A DNA stretch of 64,000 nucleotides. Source: Candidatus Binatia bacterium (lineage in GTDB: Bacteria; Desulfobacterota; Binatia; UBA9968; JAJDTQ01). Location: contig OY762897.2 in the NCBI GenBank assembly GCA_963666515.2, positions 4,096,001-4,160,000 on the forward strand. The letters run 5' to 3'. A program made the translations under genes and the position numbers. This document shows, piece by piece, positions 31,840 to 42,016 of this stretch; within the stretch, counting starts at the first letter, position 1, and every line of letters begins with the position of its first letter. The notes below the pieces were generated by a model. The model was not told the origin of the DNA and ran no database searches. It saw nothing but the letters and a program-made list of their open reading frames with translations.

Positions 31840-33012
31840 TTACTCGAACTCGAGTGTCTTGGCCTCCAGCCCAAGGGCGATCTTGCCTACCGTCTCCATG
31901 CAGCGGTCGTTGGCGGGCGGCATGACCACTCCGGCCAGCGAGTCGCGGAAATGGCGTTCCAGGGGCAGTGAACGAAGCAGTCCTCGGCCGCCGGTCAGGC
32001 GGATGGCCCGCTCGGCGATCTCCTTGGCAGCCTCCGTCGCCAGGTACTTCGCCTGGTTCAGGATGAAGGTCAGCTCCACCCGGTCGGTGTTGCCGCGCAG
32101 CATCCCCAGCCGCTCCACGGCCCGCCGCGCGCTCTCCAGGAGCGTCGCCATCTCGCCGATCTGGCGTTGTATACGGACGTCCCTGGCGAGGCTGCCGCTC
32201 ATGCCACGGAACTTGGTCTTCTTCACGTAGTCCAGGCAGAAGTCGTAGGCGGCTTCCGCGATGCCGAAATACACGCCGGTGTAGCCCGTGGACCAGATGC
32301 TCATGTCCTTGCCGAGGATCGCGCCGGGCTCTCCGATGACGTTCTCCGGCAGGATCTCCACGTCGTTGAAGTTGATGGAGTTGGAGACCGTGCCGCGCAT
32401 GCCGATGGTATCCCAGTCGTGGATGATTTCGATGCCCGGCTGGTCGGAGCGTATCAGCACGTTCAGGAGGCCGTCGCCGAGACCTTCGGCGCCGTCCAGC
32501 AGGCTCCACGTGAAGTAGTAGGTGGCGCCGGTGGAAAGCGAGCAGAAGTGCTTGGTGCCGTTGAGCCTGTACTTGCCGTCCTCGCGCCGGATGGAGGTGC
32601 GGATGGCCGCCTTGTCGCGAAAGGAACTGCCGGGCTCGCTGGTGATGGAGGCGAAGATGGCGCCGTCGTCCACCACCGACTTGAAGTAGCGCTGCTGCTG
32701 CTCGGGGCTCGCGAGTTGCAGCAGGAAGTCGACGATGGCGCAGTGCATGTTGAAGGTGAGCCCGGTGGAGGCGCACCCTTTGGCGACCCTGGACAGGATC
32801 ACCGCGTAGGTCAGGGAGTCGGCGCCGATGCCGCCGTGTTCCCGAGGCACCATGAGCGCCAGCAGCCCGGAGTCCCGCAGGTCCTCGTAGTTCTCGAAAG
32901 GGAACTGCGCCTCCTGGTCGACGGCCTGCGCCCTGGCGGCGAATTTCTCGCGGCTCAGGGTCTCGGCGAGGTCGACCCAGTTGCGGAACTGTTCTGGAAC
33001 CTGGAATCCCAT
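31840..33012 (-). CDS. Acyl-CoA dehydrogenase / flavin-dependent monooxygenase family protein
   Basis: SITSEPG, LNGTKHFCS, WDTIGMRGTVS and LERHFRD motifs. Confidence 0.88.
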   Translation of the reverse strand: MGFQVPEQFRNWVDLAETLSREKFAARAQAVDQEAQFPFENYEDLRDSGLLALMVPREHGGIGADSLTYAVILSRVAKGCASTGLTFNMHCAIVDFLLQLASPEQQQRYFKSVVDDGAIFASITSEPGSSFRDKAAIRTSIRREDGKYRLNGTKHFCSLSTGATYYFTWSLLDGAEGLGDGLLNVLIRSDQPGIEIIHDWDTIGMRGTVSNSINFNDVEILPENVIGEPGAILGKDMSIWSTGYTGVYFGIAEAAYDFCLDYVKKTKFRGMSGSLARDVRIQRQIGEMATLLESARRAVERLGMLRGNTDRVELTFILNQAKYLATEAAKEIAERAIRLTGGRGLLRSLPLERHFRDSLAGVVMPPANDRCMETVGKIALGLEAKTLEFE

Positions 33013-33112
33013 TATGAACGCAGAAGAGGCTGGCGTCTCGTCCCCCGGATACATACACCACGATGCACGGGACTTCTCGATGCCGGCAAGGCGCGATGAC
33101 TGGACACCGGCC

Positions 33113-33559
33113 CTACCCGCGAGCAGCCTGGTTGCAACGGCAGGTGCCGATCTGGTGCAGCTCGATCATGTTGCCGAAGGGGTCCCGGAGGAAGACCTGT
33201 TGCGAGTCGGCGCCCACGAGGCCGTCGATCTGCCAGTACACGACCCCCTGAGCGTCCAACTCCCGGCGCGTCTCCACGATGTCCTCCACCGCCAGCGCCA
33301 CGTGCGGTATGGTCGGATCTTCCGTGTCGCTGCGCGCGGGAGGCGACTTCCCCGCGGCGCCCATGAGATGGATCTGCGCCGATTGCGGGCCGTCACCGAC
33401 ATCGAGCCAGAGCCCCGGCACACCGGGGATGTCGGGCCGTTGGGAGTCGACGGGAATGCCCAGCACGTTCACGTAGAAGCGCCGGGCTTCGGCCACGGCA
33501 TCCGCGGTGGGGTCTATGCGGATGCCGTGGTGGTGCAGCTCGAGAACCTTGATGGGCAT
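33113..33559 (-). CDS. VOC/glyoxalase family protein
   Basis: LELHHHGI, QIHLM, PHVALAV and RDPFGNMIE motifs. Confidence 0.85.
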   Translation of the reverse strand: MPIKVLELHHHGIRIDPTADAVAEARRFYVNVLGIPVDSQRPDIPGVPGLWLDVGDGPQSAQIHLMGAAGKSPPARSDTEDPTIPHVALAVEDIVETRRELDAQGVVYWQIDGLVGADSQQVFLRDPFGNMIELHQIGTCRCNQAARG

Positions 33560-33602
33560 GATCGCGGTCGCTTGCTCGGCCCACGCGCGGCTCAAGACCG
33601 GC

Positions 33603-33986
33603 TTACGCGGGCCGCTTGACGCTCCGGTCCGCTCCGATCTGCACCCGGTACACGAGGGCGTCGCTGCCCGGTGCCGAGTGGATATTGTGGGGCTCGCCGG
33701 CGTCGAAGTACACCACCGAACCCGGTCCGCAGCGTTGCTCGTTCCGCTGGGCGTCGATGCCCAGGCACTCTCCCTCCACCACGTAGTAGATCTCGATGGC
33801 GCCGGGATGGCTGTGCAGGTGCGGGCCGGGGGTCTCGCCGTCGCGGAAACAGGCAATGGTGACCGAGCACTTGTCGTTGTTGATGACGCGGTTGCGGATG
33901 TAGCCGCCCTCGGCCTTCTCCGAGTAGGGCGCATCCGGATTCTGGTCCGAGAACTTGCCGACGTCCTTGACGTTGAAAACTTCCAT
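33603..33986 (-). CDS. Cupin domain protein
   Basis: HLHSHPGAIEIYYVVEG...GSVVYFDAGEPH. Confidence 0.85.
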   Translation of the reverse strand: MEVFNVKDVGKFSDQNPDAPYSEKAEGGYIRNRVINNDKCSVTIACFRDGETPGPHLHSHPGAIEIYYVVEGECLGIDAQRNEQRCGPGSVVYFDAGEPHNIHSAPGSDALVYRVQIGADRSVKRPA

Positions 33987-34012
33987 TGGGGATCCTTTCC
34001 TTCGCTTGCAGG

Positions 34013-34993
34013 TTAGTCCTTGGTGAGGAACCACGTGACCAGGCTGTTGAACTCCTGCCACTGGTCCAGCCACAGGAAATGGTTGGCCTTGTCGAAAACG
34101 TGCATCTGGGCGTCGGGGATTCGCTTGTACAGTTCCAGTCCGGGATCGACGCCCTTGTTGGAGTTCTTGCCCCACACCACCATGGTGGGCCGGTCGATGT
34201 CCTGTACGTGGTCGCGGATGTGCTTGCCGTCGAAACCGTACATGTCCGAGTGGCCCACCAGGCCTTCCTTGCCCCAGTACTCCTTGCCCTTGTGGTCCAT
34301 GTACATCTTGTTCCACTTCTTGGAGAGGTCCATGAGGTAGTCCAGGAACTCCTCCGACACCATGGACTTGTCGTAGAAGAAGACGCCGGCGTATTTCCGC
34401 AGCCCCTCCCGCGTGTCGGTCAGACCCGCCTTGGGCATCATGCTGTTGGGCTCGAAGACTTCCTTGAAGTACGGCAGCTCGCCGCTGCCCACCTTCTGCT
34501 TCACGCCGTCGATCTCCACGTACTCCGGCGTCTCGGTGTCGTTCTCGGTCTTGAGGGCCGAGCCCGCGGTGCTGCCGCTGTCGATGAGGATGAGCTTCTT
34601 CACCAGGTCCGGGCGCTTCAGCGTGATGTAGGTGACGATCCACCCGCCCTGCGACTGCCCGGCGAGGTTGATGGGTCCGATGTCCAGCGCCTCGATGAAG
34701 CTGATGACGTGCTCGGCGCGCACCCGCACGTGCCCCAGCATGTCCAGGTCACGGGGCGGGTCGGTGTCGCCGTGGCCCAGCTCGTCGATGGCGAACACGT
34801 GGAAGTGCTCGGACAGCGGGATGACGTTCGGGTACCACCGGTAGAGGCCCATGCCCACCTCGATGGAACCGCCGTGCACCAGCAGCAGCCGGTCGGCGTC
34901 CTTGTCGCCGGCTTCCACGTAATGAGTCCGATAACCGTCGGCGGTCACGAACTTGCTCTCGAACTTGTCGGGGCTGTTGAACAGGGTCTCCAC
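34013..34993 (-). CDS. Alpha/beta hydrolase paralogue H1 (MhpC/BphD-like)
   Basis: HGG, GQSQGG, WGKNSNKG and DKANHF motifs. Confidence 0.88.
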   Translation of the reverse strand: METLFNSPDKFESKFVTADGYRTHYVEAGDKDADRLLLVHGGSIEVGMGLYRWYPNVIPLSEHFHVFAIDELGHGDTDPPRDLDMLGHVRVRAEHVISFIEALDIGPINLAGQSQGGWIVTYITLKRPDLVKKLILIDSGSTAGSALKTENDTETPEYVEIDGVKQKVGSGELPYFKEVFEPNSMMPKAGLTDTREGLRKYAGVFFYDKSMVSEEFLDYLMDLSKKWNKMYMDHKGKEYWGKEGLVGHSDMYGFDGKHIRDHVQDIDRPTMVVWGKNSNKGVDPGLELYKRIPDAQMHVFDKANHFLWLDQWQEFNSLVTWFLTKD

Positions 34994-35045
34994 GGATTCC
35001 TCCTATGCTCCTATGCGATTCGCGCGGCGGGTTTCCCCTCCGCGA

Positions 35046-36032
35046 TCAACTCTTGGACAGATACCAGGTCACCAGGCTCACGAAGTCCTTCGGGTGGTCG
35101 AGCCACAGGAAGTGGTTGGCCTTGTCGAAGATGTGGAGTTGGGCGTCCGGGATGCGCTTGTACAGCGCCAGACCGGGGTCCACGCCCTTATTGGAGTTTT
35201 TGGCCCAGATGACCAGGGTCGGCGTCCGGATCTCGTGGACCCGGTCACGGATGTGCACGCCGTCGACGTAGAACTCCTTGGAGTGCTCCTTCATGCTGGT
35301 GTTGTCCCAGAACTCCTTGCCCTTGTGGGTGAAGTAGAGGTCGTTCCATTTCTGGGCGAACTTGTAGAGGTGCTCCACCCATTCGTCGGTGACCATGTGC
35401 TTCGCGTAGATGTAGGTGCTGACGAACTTGCGGATGCCTTCGCGGGTGCTGGTGAGGCCCTCCTTGGGGTGCATGGTGCCCTCTTCGAAAACTTCTTTCA
35501 TGTACGGAAGCACGCCGTCCTTCACGTTCACCATGGCCCCGTCCACCTCCACCTGCTTGGGAGCGTCGGACTTCTCTTCGGTGTCGAGAGCAGAGCCCGC
35601 GGTGCTGCCGCTGTCGATGAGCACCAGCTTCTTCACCAGGTCCGGGCGCTTGATGGTGATGTAGGTGACGATCCAGCCGCCGGTGGACTGCCCCACCAGG
35701 TTCACGGGGGCCAAGTCCATGGCCTCGATGAAGCTGATGACGTGCTCCGCGCGCACCGTAGGCCGCCACAGATTCTTGGTGTCCCGTGGCGGGTCGGTCT
35801 CGCCGTGGCCCAGCTCGTCGATGGCGTAGACGTGGAACTTCTCGGCCAGCGGCAGCACCACCGGGTACCAGCGGTAAAGGTCCATGCCGATGTCGATGCC
35901 GCCGCCGTGGACCAGCAGCAGGCTCTCCGGGTTGTCCTTGCCCGCCTCCACGTAGTGGGTGCGGTACCCGTCGGCGGTGACGAACTTGCTCTCGAACTTG
36001 TCGGGGCTGTTGAAAAGGGTTGGCGTCTCCAT
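35046..36032 (-). CDS. Alpha/beta hydrolase paralogue H2
   Basis: HGG, GQSTGG, WAKNSNKG and DKANHF motifs. Confidence 0.88.
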   Translation of the reverse strand: METPTLFNSPDKFESKFVTADGYRTHYVEAGKDNPESLLLVHGGGIDIGMDLYRWYPVVLPLAEKFHVYAIDELGHGETDPPRDTKNLWRPTVRAEHVISFIEAMDLAPVNLVGQSTGGWIVTYITIKRPDLVKKLVLIDSGSTAGSALDTEEKSDAPKQVEVDGAMVNVKDGVLPYMKEVFEEGTMHPKEGLTSTREGIRKFVSTYIYAKHMVTDEWVEHLYKFAQKWNDLYFTHKGKEFWDNTSMKEHSKEFYVDGVHIRDRVHEIRTPTLVIWAKNSNKGVDPGLALYKRIPDAQLHIFDKANHFLWLDHPKDFVSLVTWYLSKS

Positions 36033-36194
36033 GGGGGTTGCCCTCTCTGGGATGGTCTTGAAATGGCCGGATGGTGGTCGCCGGCCGGACTTACAGCATG
36101 CGCGACAGACAGCATGCGCGCCGCCTTTGTTGCCGCGCCAGGGTCAAGGGTACGGCGTCCCGCCGCACCAGCCATTTCGTTTTGCCCCAAGCGC

Positions 36195-36245
36195 CAACGC
36201 GCGTCAAACCACCGGCCCGCGCCGGCTCCGGCTTGACGCGCGTTG
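36195..36245. other. 13-bp-arm inverted repeat downstream of the SBP gene (terminator or mRNA stabiliser)
   Basis: CAACGCGCGTCAA ... TTGACGCGCGTTG. Confidence 0.45.
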
Positions 36246-36319
36246 TGGGGCTATCGGTTATGGGGCCGTATCCACGCCGAAGCTGCAGGGCTCCGGCGCG
36301 GAATTCACGGCAACTATTC

Positions 36320-37870
36320 CTACTTCTCCAGCCAGGCGTGGGTCACGCCGCCGTCGGACCAACGCACGTCGCCGCGGCAGTTGGTCTTCATGTTCTTCAG
36401 ATGCGTGCGGGACGCCTGGAAGATCGGCAGGTGCCCCAGCAGCACGTGGGGCAGATCCTGGTTGATCAGGTCCAGAGCTTTGCGGTAGATGACCTTGCGC
36501 TTGGCGGTATCCCGAGTCACGCGGCCTTCATCCACGAGGGCGTTGTATTCGGGGTTGTCCCAGGCGGCGTAGTTGTTCCTCTGACCTTTCCGGAAGAACC
36601 TGTAAAAAAGGCTGTCCGGATCCGGCGCGTAGGTGAGATGACCGGGGCTGACGTCGAAGTCCTGGGCCCTTTGCTTCTTGCTATGCGCGGCGCGGTCCAT
36701 CACCTGGAACTTCAGGTTGATGCCGACCTTCTTGAGCTGCGCCTGGGCCAGCGTGGACAGGTTCAGGATGACGGTCTCGTTGCGGACGATCGTGACCAGA
36801 TCGACGCCCTTCTCGTAGCCGGCCTCCTTCATCAACGCCCTGGCCTTGTCCAGGTTCGCCTCCTTGTAGGGGTCCTTCACGTCGTCGAAGTACCACGCCG
36901 AGCCCGGATAGTACATCTGCGTCTCGGCCGTGGCCATACCCCAGGTGATGCCGTCCATCAGCGCCTGCTTGTCGACGGCATAGGCGACGGCCTGGCGCAG
37001 GCGGACGTCCTTGAGAGGACCCTTGGACACGTTGAGAACCAGGTAGAACCAGCGTGCGCCGGGTTTGAACGAAGGCGTGATGCCCTTGGGCGGCTTCGCC
37101 TTGATGGGCTGCGCCTGCTCGAACGGCACCGTCCAGACCCAGTCCACGTCGCCGGTCCTCAGCGCCGTATAGCGCACGGTGTCGTCCAGGATGGGCCGCA
37201 TGACGACCTCGTCCACGTAGGGGAGCTGGTTGCCCTTGGCGTCCTTCTTCCAGTAGTTCTTGAACCGTTTCAGCTTCACGTGCTGCTTGGGCTGCCACTC
37301 CACGAACTCGAAGGCGCCCGTGCCGATGGGCTTCGGCGGCTTGGACTCGAAGCTGTCCGAGTGCGTGATGAACGCCACCAGGGGACGGAACTTCACGAGG
37401 AATCCGGCGTCCGGCGTCTCGAGCGTCATCTTTACCCGGTACTTGTCGACCACCTCGATGCTCTTGATGGAGTTGAAGTTGCCGCGCCGCCGGGACTTGG
37501 TTTTCGGGTCCAGGAAGTGGTCGTAGTTCTTCTTGACGTCCTCGGCCGTCAGCTCCTTGCCGTTGTGGAACATCACGCCCTCGCGCAGCTTGAAAGTGTA
37601 GGCCTTGCCGTCGGGCGCAATCTCCCAGGACTCGGCCAGGCCGGGCACGATGTCGCATTTCTCGTCGTAGTCCACGAGGCTCTCGGACACCAGAATCCCC
37701 ATCTGCGCCGTGGGGTTCCCGACGGTTCGGTGCAGGTCGGGCGTGTTCAGATCGGCGTACATGCCCAGAGTCAGGGTGCCGCCGTACTTCTGCGCCGCCG
37801 CGTCGTTGGGCGCGGCCAAGCCGAATGCCAGCAGCACCGCGGCTAACGAAAGCGATAGTCTCGTACTCAT
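36320..37870 (-). CDS. Family 5 (Dpp/Opp/Nik) ABC substrate-binding protein
   Basis: Signal peptide ending AAA-QKYGG; PGLAESW, GTGAF and RQAVAYAVD motifs. Confidence 0.92.
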   Translation of the reverse strand: MSTRLSLSLAAVLLAFGLAAPNDAAAQKYGGTLTLGMYADLNTPDLHRTVGNPTAQMGILVSESLVDYDEKCDIVPGLAESWEIAPDGKAYTFKLREGVMFHNGKELTAEDVKKNYDHFLDPKTKSRRRGNFNSIKSIEVVDKYRVKMTLETPDAGFLVKFRPLVAFITHSDSFESKPPKPIGTGAFEFVEWQPKQHVKLKRFKNYWKKDAKGNQLPYVDEVVMRPILDDTVRYTALRTGDVDWVWTVPFEQAQPIKAKPPKGITPSFKPGARWFYLVLNVSKGPLKDVRLRQAVAYAVDKQALMDGITWGMATAETQMYYPGSAWYFDDVKDPYKEANLDKARALMKEAGYEKGVDLVTIVRNETVILNLSTLAQAQLKKVGINLKFQVMDRAAHSKKQRAQDFDVSPGHLTYAPDPDSLFYRFFRKGQRNNYAAWDNPEYNALVDEGRVTRDTAKRKVIYRKALDLINQDLPHVLLGHLPIFQASRTHLKNMKTNCRGDVRWSDGGVTHAWLEK

Positions 37871-37965
37871 CTGGTTCCTCCTTTGGTTGCTTTCCTCGAC
37901 TTCCGAAGTCCGGAAAAAATCCACATCACACAATTTGACCCTCAAGGTCAACCGCCAAGAGCACG

Positions 37966-38916
37966 CTATTCCAGCGTGATCCTGGGGTTGGCGTACTTGT
38001 AGAGAATGTCCACGAAGAAGTTCACCACCACGAAGATCACCGCGAAGATCAGGATGAGCGCCTGCACCAGCGGGTAGTCGCGGCCGTAGACCGCGCCTAC
38101 CACCAGGCTCCCGACCCCGGGCCAGGCGAAAACGTGCTCGACGATGACGGTGCCGCCGAGCAGCCGGCCGAACTGGAGGCCGATGACCGTGAGCACGGGT
38201 ACCAGCGCGTTCTTGAGCGTATGCTTGAAGATCACCCGCCGCTCGGCCAGGCCCTTGGCCCGGGCCGTGCGCACGTATTCTTTGCCGATCTCCTCCAGCA
38301 TCTCCGAGCGGGTCATGCGCGCCACGATGGCGGCCATGCCCGTGCCCAGGGTGATGGAGGGAAGGATCAGGTACGACAACGTCGTCCAGGGAGAGGTGAG
38401 GGAGGCCTCGTAACCGGACGATGGCAGGATGGGGAAGTACAGGCTGAAGGCCAGGATCAGCAGGATGCCCAGCCAGAAATTGGGAATCGAGATGCCCAGC
38501 AGCGCGAACGACATGGCGGTGTAGTCGCTGGGAGTGTTGCGACGGATGGCCGCGATGACCCCGGCCGGGATCGAGATCAGGATGGAGACGACGGTCGAGA
38601 AGATGGTCAGCAGGATGGTGGCCGGGAAACGCTCGACGATCAGTTCCATGTTTGACCGCTGGTAATGGATCGATTCGCCGAAGTCGCCGATCAGGACACC
38701 GCCGAGCCACACGAGGTACTGCACGTGCAGCGGTTTGTCGAGGCCGAGGATCCTTTCGAAATCTTCACGAACGGACGGGTCGGTAAGGTCCTCCGTCGCG
38801 AAGATGAAGTCCACCGGGTCTCCCGGGATCATGTGCAGCAGGGAGAAGACGATGACCGACACCAGGAAGAGCACCGGAAAGAGGATCAGCAGGCGGTTGA
38901 TGATGTACTGGCGCAA
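37966..38916 (-). CDS. Dpp/Opp ABC permease (DppB-like)
   Basis: PGDP and YVRTARAKGL EAA loop. Confidence 0.92.
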   Translation of the reverse strand: MRQYIINRLLILFPVLFLVSVIVFSLLHMIPGDPVDFIFATEDLTDPSVREDFERILGLDKPLHVQYLVWLGGVLIGDFGESIHYQRSNMELIVERFPATILLTIFSTVVSILISIPAGVIAAIRRNTPSDYTAMSFALLGISIPNFWLGILLILAFSLYFPILPSSGYEASLTSPWTTLSYLILPSITLGTGMAAIVARMTRSEMLEEIGKEYVRTARAKGLAERRVIFKHTLKNALVPVLTVIGLQFGRLLGGTVIVEHVFAWPGVGSLVVGAVYGRDYPLVQALILIFAVIFVVVNFFVDILYKYANPRITLE

Positions 38917-38938
38917 CTCGATACTTCCCTACGTGGCG

Positions 38939-39910
38939 CTAACGCACGTGGCAGGCCACCTGGCGCCCGCCCGCCTTTCTCTCCAGCGGCGGCTCGATCT
39001 CGGCGCACACCGGCTCGGCGATGGGGCAGCGGCCGCGGAACACGCAGCCCGGTGGTCGGTCGATGAGGTTGACCATCTCGCCCTCCAGCACCCGTGGCCG
39101 GAACTCCCGGCTGGGGTCGGGCTCGGGGATGGCTGACACCAGCGCTTCGGTGTACGGATGGGCCGGCTTGTTGAACAGGTCCTCCACCGAACCCACCTCG
39201 ACGATCTTGCCGCCGTACATGACGGCGACGCGCTCACAGAAATAGTCCACGACGCTCAGGTCGTGTGCGATGAACAGGTAGGTCAACCCCTTGGTCCGCT
39301 GCAGTTGCCGGAACAGGTTGAGGATCTGGGCGCGCACCGAAACGTCCAGGGCCGACACCGCCTCGTCCGCGATGATCAGGTCCGGCTCCAGCGACATGGC
39401 CCGGGCGATGCTGATGCGCTGCCGCTGTCCGCCGCTGAACTCGTGGGGATAGCGGTCCCGGTGCTCGGCCTGGAGACCTACCAGCTCCAGCAGCTCCACC
39501 ACCCGGTTCTGCACCTGGTTGGCGGGAACGATGTCGTGGAGCTTGAGCGGGTTGCCGAGGATATCCCGCACCCGCATGCGCGGGTTCAGTGACGTGTAGG
39601 GATCCTGGAACACCATCTGGATGCGGCGGCGGAATTGGTGAAAGATGGACCGGGGCATCCCGATGATTTCCTGTCCCTCGAAGTGCACGGTGCCGCGGGT
39701 GGCGTCCAACAGCCGGGTGATCAGCCGGGCCGTGGTGGACTTGCCGCTGCCGCTCTCGCCCACCAGGCCGAAGGTTTCGCCCTTGTCGATGGAGAAGCTG
39801 ATGCCGTCCACGGCCTTGAGCTCCGCGCCCTTGCCGCTGAACAGCGAGAAGAACGAAGCCAGCGAGAAATACTTCGCCAAGTCGTCGACTCTTAGGATCT
39901 CTTCCCGCAT
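38939..39910 (-). CDS. Dpp/Opp ABC ATPase (DppF-like)
   Basis: GESGSGKS, FSGGQRQR and HPYT..VACH motifs. Confidence 0.93.
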   Translation of the reverse strand: MREEILRVDDLAKYFSLASFFSLFSGKGAELKAVDGISFSIDKGETFGLVGESGSGKSTTARLITRLLDATRGTVHFEGQEIIGMPRSIFHQFRRRIQMVFQDPYTSLNPRMRVRDILGNPLKLHDIVPANQVQNRVVELLELVGLQAEHRDRYPHEFSGGQRQRISIARAMSLEPDLIIADEAVSALDVSVRAQILNLFRQLQRTKGLTYLFIAHDLSVVDYFCERVAVMYGGKIVEVGSVEDLFNKPAHPYTEALVSAIPEPDPSREFRPRVLEGEMVNLIDRPPGCVFRGRCPIAEPVCAEIEPPLERKAGGRQVACHVR

Positions 39911-39917
39911 GACGTCA

Positions 39918-40886
39918 CTAAGCCGTGTGGAGGTGACAAGCCACCTGTCTGCCCTTGACCGGCGCGAGCCTGGGATCTTCCTGGCCGCACACGTCCATGG
40001 CCTGGTCGCACCGGGGCCGGAAGTTGCAGCCCTGGGGCGGGTCCAGCAGGTTGCAGACCACGCCCGGTATGGGGTCCAGCAGCCGGTCGCGCTCGCCCCG
40101 CCGCGGCAGCGCCCGCAAGAGCCCCTGGGTGTAGGGGTGAAGCGGGTTCTCGAAGATGGACTTGCGGTCCGCCAGCTCCACGATGTTGCCCGCGTACATC
40201 ACCGCGATGTGGTCGCACAGCACCGCGGCCACGCCCAGGTCGTGGGTGATGAAGATCAGCGACTTGCCCAACTGCTCCAGCAGCTCCCGCAGAAGGTCGA
40301 GGATCTGCGCCTGGATGGTCACGTCCAGGGCGGTGGTGGGTTCGTCGGCGATCAGCAGGTCGGGGTTGCACGCCAGCGCAATGGCGATCATGACGCGCTG
40401 GCGCATGCCGCCGCTGAACTCGTGGGGATAGCTGTCGAGCCGTTCTCTGGGATTGGGAATCCCCACCTTGTTGAGCATGTCCGCGGCGCGCTCGTAGGCC
40501 TCTTTCTTCCGCAGCCCCTCGTGGACCACGTAACCCTCCGCCACCTGGTCGCCGACGGTGTAGGCGGGGTTCAATGCCACCATGGGTTCCTGGAAGATCA
40601 TGGAGATGCGGCTGCCCCGGTAGGAGCGCATCTCCGGTTCCGTCTTGGTCAGCAGGTCCTCGCCCTTGAACAGGACCTCGCCGTTGGTGATCCTCCCGGG
40701 CGGCTGCGGGACCAGCCGCATGAGCGACAGCGCGAGCACGCTCTTCCCCGATCCGGTCTCGCCCACGATCCCCAGGGTCTGCCGCTCCTCGAGCTGGAAC
40801 GACACCCGGTCCACCGCGGTAAGGATTCCCTTGCGGAGAAAGAAACGGGTCTCCAGTCCCCGGACGTCCAGGAGCGGCTCAGGCAC
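39918..40886 (-). CDS. Dpp/Opp ABC ATPase (DppD-like)
   Basis: [16 protein letters not shown] and ADEPTTALD motifs. Confidence 0.93.
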   Translation of the reverse strand: MPEPLLDVRGLETRFFLRKGILTAVDRVSFQLEERQTLGIVGETGSGKSVLALSLMRLVPQPPGRITNGEVLFKGEDLLTKTEPEMRSYRGSRISMIFQEPMVALNPAYTVGDQVAEGYVVHEGLRKKEAYERAADMLNKVGIPNPRERLDSYPHEFSGGMRQRVMIAIALACNPDLLIADEPTTALDVTIQAQILDLLRELLEQLGKSLIFITHDLGVAAVLCDHIAVMYAGNIVELADRKSIFENPLHPYTQGLLRALPRRGERDRLLDPIPGVVCNLLDPPQGCNFRPRCDQAMDVCGQEDPRLAPVKGRQVACHLHTA

Positions 40887-41796
40887 TGGACCTCTCCTCG
40901 CTCAGGCGCGGGTCCAGCACGTCCCGAAGGCCGTCGCCCAGAAGATTGAGGCCCAGCACGGAGAAGCAGATGGCCACCCCCGGGAAGATGGCAGCCCAGG
41001 GGTAGAACTCCATGGTGGATCGGGCCGCGTGCAGGATGCTGCCCCAGCTCGGGGTAGGCGGCGGCACGCCGATGCCCAGGAAGCTCAGGGATGCCTCGGC
41101 GATGATGGCGTGGGCGAAGTCCAGGGTCGCCTGGACCAGAACCGGGGCCATGCAGTTGGGCAGGATCTGCCGGAACAGCACGCGCAGGTTGGACTCCCCC
41201 TGCACCATGGCCGCTTCCACGTACTCCTTCTCCCGCTCCTTGAGCACCGAGGCCCGGACCAGACGGGCGAAGTTGGGCGTGTAGCGTATGGCCAGGGCGA
41301 TGCACACGTTGGTGAGGGAGGCGCCCAAGGCGGCCATCAGCGCGATGGCGAGCAGCAGGCCGGGGAACGCCATCACCGCGTCCATGATGCGCATCAGCAC
41401 GTTGTCCACGGCTCTTCCGGCGAAGCCCGACACCGCGCCCAGGAAGATTCCCGCGGCCAGCGCCAGGGTGACGGAGCCGAGCCCGGCGATGACCGAGATG
41501 CGCGCGCCGTAGACCACGCGCGAGAAGATGTCGCGGCCGAAGGTATCCGTGCCGAAGGGATGGTCGGCCGACAGCGGCACCAGCCGCGCCGTCAGGTCCA
41601 CTTCATCGGGGTCGTAGTAGGCGATCTGCGGAGCGAAGGCGGCGACGACGAAGACGAACGCCACGAACAGGAGCCCGGCCACGGCCATGCGGTTCTCCGA
41701 GAACCGGACGAACCAGTCGCGGACCGAGAGGAAGATCCCGCCGACGCGGTCGTGTCCCGTTATGGCTGCTGCTTCAGCACTCGTCCCGTTGGACAT
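40879..41796 (-). CDS. Dpp/Opp ABC permease (DppC-like)
   Basis: HPFGTDTFGRD, YVEAA and LGDGLRDVLDPR motifs. Confidence 0.92.
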   Translation of the reverse strand: MSNGTSAEAAAITGHDRVGGIFLSVRDWFVRFSENRMAVAGLLFVAFVFVVAAFAPQIAYYDPDEVDLTARLVPLSADHPFGTDTFGRDIFSRVVYGARISVIAGLGSVTLALAAGIFLGAVSGFAGRAVDNVLMRIMDAVMAFPGLLLAIALMAALGASLTNVCIALAIRYTPNFARLVRASVLKEREKEYVEAAMVQGESNLRVLFRQILPNCMAPVLVQATLDFAHAIIAEASLSFLGIGVPPPTPSWGSILHAARSTMEFYPWAAIFPGVAICFSVLGLNLLGDGLRDVLDPRLSEERSSA

Positions 41797-41967
41797 GGAA
41801 AGCCCCCGACGGCTCTCTGCGCCGACTGTGCCCTATGCTCCATATCGTCTCCGTTCGGCCCCCGTCAAGGGGATTTGCAACCCGTTCACGACAGCGAGTT
41901 TCGGCCGATGGGGGAAAACCTTGGGAGGGTCGCCATGAGCGCAGCCGATCCTGGAGGAGTCGCAAAC

Positions 41968-42016
41968 CAACGGATGAATGAAAATCATTCACATGGTGAG
42001 TGATTTTCATCCGTTG
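41968..42016. promoter_or_regulatory. Long imperfect AT-rich inverted repeat (operator-like, Fur-box-like core)
   Basis: CAACGGATGAATGAAAATCATTCAC-ATG-GTGAGTGATTTTCATCCGTTG. Confidence 0.5.

Noticed and set aside
36320-38710. 796-aa extended SBP
   Set aside because: The extension overlaps the permease off-frame; the signal peptide begins at 37870 after GAGGA
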